64,000 bases of DNA from Octopus vulgaris (taxonomy: Eukaryota), in contig OX597815.1 of the NCBI GenBank assembly GCA_951406725.2, positions 54,126,001 through 54,190,000 of the forward strand, read 5' to 3'. The position numbers and the translations under genes are program-made. The notes under the pieces are model-generated. The model made no database searches. It saw only the letters and a list, made by a program, of their open reading frames with translations, and was not told where the DNA came from. Below are positions 54,319-64,000 of the stretch, in pieces (positions within the stretch are counted from its first letter, which is position 1; every line of letters begins with the position of its first letter).

Positions 54319-54843
54319 ATATATTAATATTTAGCAGAAGCAACAAAGTCACTTAAGGGCCGAGAGATTCGAGCGTTGACACTGGGCCAACGCACGAAAC
54401 TCCGGGATTCTGGGCGCTTTCAGAGAGTATATACACTACAGCGCCAATAGCAGCCCGCAGGCAAATACACGAATCATATACGGTAAGTATATGTGGTTAA
54501 TGATATTCATTATACTAGAGCTGCTTTTATTTCATATCAAAATGTATTCCTACGTTTGCATTTGCCGAAAAAACCCGTACATGGTTTTGCATGCCATGAG
54601 CTTATAAGTTGTAGGACTGGCGTAGTCATTCGCCTCCGTTTCTGTAGGGTACTTGATTTTGATTGTTCACATAAATGTCGAAACATCAATGCCCTAACTC
54701 TTAGATGTGATTGAAGGTGCGTTATCTCACCTAACTATGATTTTGAAGTGCTTCAACACCCTGTATTTTGAGACAGTAGATACTCCACCGCACCAATATT
54801 AGCCCACCGGCAATACACGAAACATATATGTTAAGTATTTAAT

Positions 54844-54875
<32 letters not shown>

Positions 54876-54891
54876 TGTATGTATGTATGTA

Positions 54892-56125
54892 CGAGGTGGA
54901 ATCAAAAAGTTCCCGGACTAATTCTATAGTGTGCCATCAGATGGCAACATACGCTTGCGTGTGTAGTGAGAACTAGCGGTGACCTTCATGAGGCAGTGTG
55001 CTGAGTGACATCGCTGTTTTTACTGCGCAAGTTGAGGAAGAGTCAACGTGAAATTTTTCGTTAAACTTGGGAAGTCTACTACAGACATATTGATCACGCT
55101 GCAGCAAGCTTTCAGCGACGTGGTAATGGATTGTATGCAATGTTTCGAGTGGCACGGGCGTTTCAGAAGCGGGAGAACGTCGTTAAAAGACGATGAGCGA
55201 TCTGAAAGACCTACTACGAGCGTCACCCCAGGAAATGTGGAGGAAATTTATCAGGTTGTGCATGAGAATCGTTGGAGTCAAACCATCAACGTTGCTGATT
55301 GTGTTGATCTGCTGTATGGGTCCGTGCAAGCAATCCTAAACTCTGAATAGAGCATGCAGAGTGTCTCTGCTACGTTTGTCCCCCGTCTGCTGACCACAGA
55401 ACAGAAAGGACATAGCGTCGAAGTCAGCGTGCCACTGATGATCCATCCTTCATGCCTAGGGTCATCACCGGCGGTGGGAGTTGGGTCTACGGGTAGGAGT
55501 CTGAGACGAAGCAGCAGCCGCCACAACGTAAAAGCCCTTCAACTCCACGACCAAAGAAGACATGACAGAACGGAATGCAGCTCAATCAAGCGCATGTTCG
55601 TCGTTTGTTTCGACATCCGCGGTATTGTACATCGAGAATACATCCCCAAAGGCTAGACTGTCACATGAGAATTCTACTGCGACGTTTTGATCCGTTTGAG
55701 CGATGACAATCGTCTAAAGCTACTGGATCTATGGAGCGCGAAAGATTGGATACTTCACGACGACAATGCACCCTGTCACCGAGGTCTCCTCACTCGTCAG
55801 TTTCTCGCCAAAAACAACATGGTATCGCTCCCACACCCGCCCTATTCACCAGATTTAGTACACGCGGACTTCCATCTCATCCCCAAGAGGAAAATGCAGC
55901 TCAAAGGTTACCGTTTAAGCACCTTTGTCGAGATCGAGAGTGAAGGTCCTCGACTTGCTTACAGAAAACGACTTCTAGGCCGGATACCAAAAGTGGCAGG
56001 AACGTTGGGGGAATAGAATATTTCTGCACGAGGTGTCTATTTTGAAGTAGATGATGTTAAAACTTAAATAAATAATTTTTTTTTTTTGTTTAGATATAAC
56101 TAGTCCTGGAACTCTTTGATACTAC

Positions 56126-56128
<3 letters not shown>
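54892..56128 (+). mobile_element. Full-length decayed mariner element between (ATGT)n and (TA)n
   Basis: Imperfect approx. 29-bp TIRs cgaggtggaatcaaaaagttcccggacta / tagtcctggaactctttgatactacgtg; KFFVKLGKS, FVPRLLT, LHDDNAPCH, PHPPYSPDLVHADFHL. Confidence 0.92.
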
Positions 56129-56174
<46 letters not shown>

Positions 56175-57824
56175 TCAATTTCTACCCTTAATTAATTATA
56201 TATATATATATATATATCAAGTACCAGATTGAAGCATAAACTAAGATGGTTCGTTTGTCTTGACAGAATCAGTCTAGTAATCCAAGAAGAAAAATCAAAA
56301 ATAAATGTTAATAATATACTTTGCCGGAGGTCCACTCATTGTAGGAATTATATTACTACTGTTATGACATTACTGTCATTAGTAAACGCATACTACTGCC
56401 TACTTCTTACAATAATGCCCTTGGTAACAAGTCAAATTATGAAGTGGTTAGATTTGAAGTTTTAGTAGGTCAATTGCATCGAAAGAAAGGCTTAGTTGTT
56501 AAATTAAAACGGATAGGGAGATACTTTGTCTCTCAAGTATCAGCTATAATATTAATTACGGTACGTTTTCATTTTAGTACCACAAATTCAATTCCATAAA
56601 ACAGCAATTCAAATTTTCAAACGCTGCTTGTTGTATAGTATTTTATAAAAAGAAAACTCATTAGGATCAGCAAAGAATTAGTTTATAAATAACATTTGAT
56701 GAATTCGCATATAAAAGCATATTCTATTTGCGTATTATCAAATACTTTATAATCTAATATACTTGAAGGGATTGATAATGGAAAACATGGGAAAGAAATA
56801 AAATGTCCTACTGCTCCTTCATCACTCTACTCCCTCTAAATTGCTATAGTTAACTCTAGAAAATTCTGAATATTCATTGTAGTCATGAATTCAAAATTAA
56901 CAGTAACATGTGTGTATCTGTGTGTGTATTTTCATGTATGACTGAAAAAAAAAGCATCAGAAAATAAGTGAAATATAATCGTTAAATGGCGATATTGATT
57001 GTGAGCAAAATATAATACATTCAATAGAAAACTAAATGGCTATCAATGAAATAGATAAATACTTTTCTTTCATGACCAGAAACATTCAAGTATTGATCTT
57101 TTCCTGAAGTCTGAAGTGGCGAAATTAATTTAGGCATGTTAAAATGCACCACAGCCATTTAATCCTTTAATAGGTTATATTGGTGATATAAACATCACAA
57201 TAAAAATATTCATATAGCTTTTCAGTAACACAATGTTTTAACGACAAAAATCGCAATTTCTAATTTTAACATTGAAACACTTCTATTTGTAGAGTATGGA
57301 GCAGGATACTGGGAATGTATTCAGAGGCCCGATTTTAAATATGTAGCAGCTAATTGTTAATTCGATGCATAATGAGAAGAAAACATGTTCACCCTCTGTT
57401 ATAATATAGTCCATGATATTATTAAACTTGATTTTTAGCCTAAGTCAAAGGGGTCTATCGTCAGTTTAGAGGATAGAAACTGAAGCAAAAATTCACATTT
57501 AATATTTTCTTGATTTGTAACAGACACTTCAAACTGACTATATACTGGAGTAATTCAAATTTCAAAATTTAACGTGAATTCTTTTTCTCATAACTCAGAA
57601 TTGACCTCACATACCTCCAAAATCAGATTCTAGTAATTTCTTTTGAGAACAAATTCAATGATTAATTTACCTATTAATGGGAACATTACAATCATTATCA
57701 ACAGGAACAACAATTCATAAAATAATCTGAAGTGCAGAATTAAAATATTTGAGTAAAGCAAATAGTTCTAATGAAATCAACTAATATTTGCTAATATAAT
57801 TTATTTCGAACGGCGTCTTTCATT

Positions 57825-58255
57825 TTACCTATCATTGGATTGCAATAATGTTGAGGCACAGCCTTGAATGATTTTAGTCGAACTAATAGACCCAGCACTT
57901 AGGTGTGTTTTTAAAATCTGGCAAATATTTTATCAATTATTTTGACGAATCGCTAAGTTACAGGGATAGATGGATGTAATCACACTAGCAGCACTTATCA
58001 AACGGGGGGGACAAATACAAATACCAAGACATACACAGATACATATACACATACGCACACAGACAAACTCGTATGTGCGTGAGTGCGTGCGCGCGCGTAT
58101 ATGTTAGACAAGCTTACACATTCTCCCTGTCTACCAAATCCACACACAAAGCATTAGACGGTCAGGGGTTATAGTAGGTAATATTTGTCGAAAGTGCAGT
58201 GAACTGAACTTGAAACAACGTGGTTGCAAATTAAGCATATTAACAAATCAGTTAC
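57825..58255 (-). mobile_element. SINE family A, old diverged copy
   Basis: gacgaatcgctaagttacaggg, ggggggacaaataca, tctaccaaatccacacacaaagc, ttatagtag collinear with 38065-38452. Confidence 0.7.
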
Positions 58256-59049
58256 TGAACAATATTTAAATTTCTTTAGAGTTTGCAGCAACTATTTGAA
58301 TTTGCGCACGGTTTTACTTTAATGAGACACATAAGTTAAAACTTAGAAAAGGATACCCAGCTTTCAATTATGGAATACTTTGTAGCAGTCTAGAGTATGT
58401 AGAAGGACACTAAAAAGATTTTCTCTGCCAAGTGAAAGATGGACTCATGGCTGTCAATCTCGGAACAACGAAACTGCTGACAATTTCACTAATAAGCAAT
58501 GATAACAATGTCAAAATAATTAAATCTGAAGTGTTCAGTATATGCGTATATGCTAAATAAACTCTCACCAAAGTAATTAGTCGAATTAAGGTTCTTAATT
58601 TATGGAGAATATAATGACTTGAAAAATTACCTCAATGAAGACAAATCTCATGTAATACCATGATTAAAGTTCATAATATATTTAATTTTATCTAAGATGA
58701 TTTCTGTTTCAATAATGAAACAAATAATAACGAAAGTAAGAGAAAGGTGGGGAAAATGTAATTCCTAAATGTGGAATCTTTGCATGGAAATATAACGGCA
58801 TCATTAAGGATTATTGGACATGCGAAAAGCACTAAGCTGTAGATTAAAATAATTAATCTCAGATCATTTGTATGCTAATTCTCAGTTATTGCCGACCTGT
58901 AAAAGTCGAGTAAAAATAAAAGAACAGACTGAATAAATCTGCAATTGCAACTGCAGATTTAAAGATTAAGAAATCTTAATGTATAAAGAAAGAAGTCAGT
59001 CCTGAAACCGGATCAATGACAGTTAAAAAAAATTCAATTAATCATTGGA

Positions 59050-59668
59050 ATAATATTCAAGGAGTACAGCTTAATCATACATATCTGAAAAATGACACTT
59101 TCAACTTTCATACGATTCGAACGTGTTGTTACCCATGAAAAGCGTCACTTGACTACCCGCAAAGTTTCCGAAGAATTCAGCCTCTCACTGGTAAAGAAAA
59201 AGTCATCATGCATTAGTTTGCGCAAAATTTGGGCCAATTCTGATGGCAGAATGACAAACAAGATTACCTAGTTACCCTGTGATTCTTCGAATACTGGTAC
59301 AAATATCATGAAATATATATTACATGACACAAAATCCATGTTTACGACTTACGATACCGAAACAATGTAGTAGCGTTTTGGATCATCGTCTTTGCAACAA
59401 AGAGAAGGGTAAAACGTTTTGTTAGAAGAGTGTCGAACGTAATCGGTTCATTTCACGTTGCCGAACAATCATTAAAAGTTTTACTTTGATACCTACAAGC
59501 ATGTCACACGAACATTGTGACGCTCTATTTCCAAAATTTAGATATTCCACACTTCAAGATGACATAAGTACTCGAAGAACTCTCCTCCGTGAATTACGCA
59601 TTATTTATAAAAAATTATTTTCAAGAGCGCCTTCCCAACAAACAAAAACGATGGCCAGGTGCAGTGCA
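59050..59668 (+). mobile_element. Very decayed mariner-like remnant
   Basis: RHLTTRKVSEEFSLS (HTH-like), TYDTET (cf. YDPET), C-terminal KRW remnant. Confidence 0.45.
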
Positions 59669-59672
59669 TATA

Positions 59673-59708
<36 letters not shown>

Positions 59709-59735
59709 CATACATACATACATACATATAAATAT

Positions 59736-59822
<87 letters not shown>

Positions 59823-59824
59823 AT

Positions 59825-61393
59825 AATAAATATTAGGGAATAAATCCAAATTTACAGGGAAAATCAGATTTAGGATTGAATCCAATTTTATAGTAAAATA
59901 TTATATAATATTAATTAGAGACAAAACCACTATTTTGCAAATCAAACGAAGAAAGACTTAATCCAATACATAAAAAAAAAATGTTAATATAAATTAAATA
60001 AAATTATATTCGCCACTACAATTGTTTCATGTCTCTTCTCTGGACATTCATCAGGTGGATTTCAGATCTAAAATAATCAATATTTTTAAGATATAAATTT
60101 AAAATGACTAAAACTATAAATAATATAAATTTATCAATGAAAATATATATATATATATATATATATAATCTATATACATATAACCAAGAACTAAATTAAC
60201 CTCTATAAACAATTGAATATAAAGAAACCTAGTATTTAAGTTCTCATATTTAAAGATGAATAATCTTAAAAAACAAAAAACAAAAATAAAATAAAATGTA
60301 TAAACACACATACTCATACACATATATCTAAGTATATATATAAACATATCTAAATACATACACTAACTCACACACCCGTAAATATATCTCTATACATACA
60401 CATAAACATCTAGGCAATGATAAATTAATAAAGTAGCCGTATACTTAAACACATTACTTATTCGTACTCCCACACACACACATACAACCCTCATTCATAA
60501 ACACACTCACTCTGCATGACAACCACACATCCAGCATCCGCAAATACTCAACCACAACAACAGAAACATTTCATTCTTAGTAATAAACTACCGAATACCG
60601 TATATCACATATATATACATCACCATACATAAATACTTAAAACAAACACACACACACACACATATTCCAAATACCACATGCATACAACAAACATACATAA
60701 ATACGCAAATAAACACACACACACACACACATTCACACATACATAAACACTCAAAAGAAAACAACTTTTCTACACAAAAACAATGCACACCCACACACAC
60801 ACACACAATCACTCACACACAACACCACTCCCACCGCCACACCAACACAGAGGAGTAACAAATTCAGCAGATACATACATTCAGCCACACACATACTTTA
60901 ACATTCTCTACTCGGCAATATACTATTAAAAACCCCATCACCATTCTAAAACAAAATTATGAATAAGAATAATAACTTATATAGAATTATTCTATTATTA
61001 AACGTAATCTAAACCATTTAAAACGAATCTAACTATTTATCAAAGTATGTCTAAATTATTTAATAACTAATAACAAAGAAAAGTACGATAAATAGATCAA
61101 TACATAAACAACAAGTTTAACATAAGGAGAATATATTATACAAAAACTTATACATATACAATTAAAATTAAGATAGGAGATCTAAAATAATACATACCTT
61201 CTATTCTATTTTAAGTTATGAAGTGAATGTAAAAGTCTAACTGTTATAGCGTTTACAAAAATATGTTATCATAGAAATAGAATATATTTTTAATAAAACC
61301 TTTGCACGTGATGAACGAACGTTATTTAAATATTATGAATGGAATAGAATGGAATACTATGTAAATCAACGTAAATAGACTGAATTTACTAAA
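59825..61393 (-). mobile_element. ORF-less, low-complexity 1.57-kb segment between two long (TA)n tracts, carrying a hammerhead near its minus-strand 3' end; probable non-autonomous Penelope-like element
   Basis: Flanked by TA-rich microsatellites at 59670-59820 and 61394-61698; hammerhead at 60013-60058; boundaries inferred. Confidence 0.55.
60013..60058 (-). ncRNA. Canonical type I hammerhead ribozyme motif
   Basis: Minus strand: CCAC-CTGATGA-ATGTC(cagagaaga)GACAT-GAAA-CAATT-GTA-GTGG; all three helices pair, palindromic stem III ACAATTGT, GUA triplet. Confidence 0.92.
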
Positions 61394-61450
61394 ATATATA
61401 TATATATATATACATATATATTTATATATATATATATATACATATATATT

Positions 61451-61483
<33 letters not shown>

Positions 61484-61630
61484 TACATACATATATATAC
61501 ATACACACATATATATATATATACATACACACACATATATATACATACATATATATATATACGTACACACATATTATATATACATGTATATATACATACA
61601 TATATATATATTTATACATACATACATACA

Positions 61631-61699
<69 letters not shown>

Positions 61700-62029
61700 C
61701 ACGGAAAATCATGTCATGATTAGCGAAAGCGTAATCGGTTGATAATCACTGAAGATATATATATATATATATATAGGGGAGTATATGTGAGTTACAAATA
61801 TAGTTGTCGGTGGAGACTTATTTTTGTAGTAAAAGGAAATAGTAGTCCTTTGGCCGCTATTTCTAATATTTTCGGTATGTGGTTTAAGCAACTGGTTGCA
61901 AAAAACCCTTATTATTATAATCATATATATATATATACATACATTTATTGATATATCTATTTACTCTTTTCCTACATCTGGGCATACCATTCAGTATATA
62001 CATTTTAGAATTAATATTATTCTAACTAT

Positions 62030-62425
62030 AAGGCGGTGAGCTGGTAGAAACGTTACACGCCGGGCGAAATGCTTAGCTGTATTTCGTCTGCCGCTACGTT
62101 CTGAGTTCAAATTCCGCCGAGGTCGACTTTGACTTTCATTCTTTCGGGTTCGATTAAATAAGTACCAGTCACGCACTGGGGTCGATATAATCGACTTAAT
62201 CCGTTTGTCTGTCCTTGTTTGTCCTCTCTGTGTTTAGCCCCTTGTGGGTAGTAAAAAAATAGGTATTTCGCCTGTCTTTATGCTCTAAGTTCAAATTCCG
62301 CCATGGTTGACTTTGCCTTTCATCCTTTTGGAGTCGATAAATTAAGTACCAGTTGCGTACTGGGTCGATCTAATCGATTGGCCCGCTCCCCCAAAGTTTC
62401 GAGCCTTGTGCCTAGAGTAGAAAGG
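62030..62425 (+). mobile_element. SINE family B, full head plus second partial unit (from approx. 62262)
   Basis: aaggcggtgagctggtagaaacg...gagttcaaattcc (B-box-like); gttcaaattccgcc...ggtcgat unit occurs twice. Confidence 0.9.
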
Positions 62426-62542
62426 AAAATTATTCTAATTATGGGAGGAACCCCACATATATACTTTCTCCTTGGTACGGATTTTCCTGTATATAAGCAT
62501 AAATGTAATTGTTTTCTCAAATAAATTTCACTTCATGTTTGA

Positions 62543-62623
62543 GGCTCCGATGAAGCTATAAGGTGTTACTCAGACACTCAACTATGAGTACAATGCATCT
62601 TATGGCGGAAACAGTTGTAAGCT
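62543..62623 (+). ncRNA. Type I hammerhead motif with long stem II and a core U-to-C change
   Basis: GGCT-CCGATGA-A-GCTATAAGGTG..TACTCA/TGAGTA..CATCTTATGGC-G-GAAA-C-AGTT-GTA-AGCT. Confidence 0.78.
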
Positions 62624-64000
62624 AATGAAGGTTCATTCTTGTCATTACTTTTTTGTTCGAGTTAAATTTTGGCTCTGATTTCTAGCAATTTTAGGTGCTA
62701 GTTTTCACCCTCAACTATTAATTTTTACCCTTTTGGTTTTAATTGCTATTATCATATCTTATTGTATGTTGCTATACACTTTAACCATTTTGAATTTTTG
62801 CGCTCGCTTTTCAACAGTTTCTTCTCATGAACGAATGGTAGGCAAGCTATCTGTTTTAACAGAAAGTTTGTAAGACTGTGACGGGAAACAAGGTTATATT
62901 GATCAAATTTCGAAATCACCTGATAAGCTTTTATCAAACTACTTCATTCTGTGAGTGTATCTCACCAAAGAATGGTGTTGTGACTTGCTGCTCGCAGTCT
63001 CGAATATTTCATGAGGGTAATGCTTTCGTCTGACTGTTCAAGTTTAATTTTGCCTCTCATTTATTAATTTCACCTTTTCGGTTTGAATCACCATAGCCAC
63101 CTATGTTACAATGTATTTACTATATCAGTATATTATTATAATATCTTATTGAATGTTGTATATATATATAATGTGATAGACAATTCAACAAAAATTCACT
63201 CCATGTGGTGAGGGATCAATATTTTTTATTTAAAGGACACAATACATATCTTTGCTACTAATAATCTCATGTTGAGAAATATCTCAAACATATTTATCAT
63301 GCACAAACCACATATCATAACGAGCTAAAAAAAAATTGAATAAAAAGAGAAACGCGGAAAAGCTGAGAAAGCACCATATAGAAGACCCGGAATGTAAAAA
63401 AAAAACAGAAAACGAAAATAATAATAAGACAGAGAAATTCTATAACACATCTTCAATGATTCGTTACAATTGTTTTTGTACCAATCAAACTCCACTTACA
63501 ACGCCAATTTACGCAAAAATTCGAAGTGAAAATGTACGTAATGTTTAATGTTTTAGACATTAGAGTGGTACTTCATCATACCTGCATCAAAGGGGCACAT
63601 TCGATGCACAACGTGATAGCGCATCTCTGATGCAAATCTAATAAAGTGTCACTCTAATGTCTAAAATCGTAAACAGTGTTTTTTGTGTGTTTCCTTATTA
63701 TTTGGATTATTATTAACTCTTCACTAAACCCATATAACATTGTTGAAGACCTTTAGCATTGGTTCGGAACCCGACAGTGTTCATATCCCAGAATTAGAGC
63801 TTAGTGCTTTTCTGGAAACATCCTACCTTTATACCCTACAAGGGCCTAAAGTATATATATATATATATATCAACAATAATAATAATAATGATTATTACAA
63901 ACCTAAAAAAACTCCATCGGGGCTGCAATAGGGTTGTAATTACAATGGTTACTAATTGGTGCATTTGAAACGTGTAGGTCAATGTAAAGTCGTATATAAA

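Noticed and set aside
54481-54490. Minus-strand ATACTTACC matching the U1 snRNA 5' end
   Set aside because: Downstream sequence does not resemble U1; a 9-nt match is expected by chance
57420-57470. Minus-strand CTGACGA-TAG..CTA-AAAA
   Set aside because: Lacks GAAA and a proper stem III/NUH
1-64000. CRISPR array, operon or other prokaryotic system
   Set aside because: No regularly spaced repeat-spacer array and no dense coding; the sequence is clearly repeat-rich animal DNA

Overview
AT-rich, repeat-saturated eukaryotic non-coding DNA with no host exon that I can support. The repeat inventory resembles an octopus/coleoid cephalopod genome (from recall, not from a search). The window holds: a near-full-length R4/Dong-clade non-LTR retrotransposon (RT + CCHC + restriction-like endonuclease) inserted in (TAA)n, with several decayed relatives; two L1/Tx1-like fragments; an RTE-like 3' end encoding three C2H2 fingers; two full-length defective mariners plus fragments; an IR/DR-type Tc1 end; a non-autonomous Helitron; two abundant tRNA-derived SINE families; and many microsatellites. 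Most short ORFs in the track are microsatellite artefacts. The most interesting signal not shown by the ORF track is five (possibly six) sequence-unrelated type I hammerhead ribozyme motifs. They sit in ORF-less segments, mostly next to (TA)n tracts, three have unusually long stem II, and they are probably Penelope-like element/retrozyme terminal repeats. Also notable are a perfect 101-bp fold-back palindrome and apparent use of SINE (TTA)n tails as Dong target sites.
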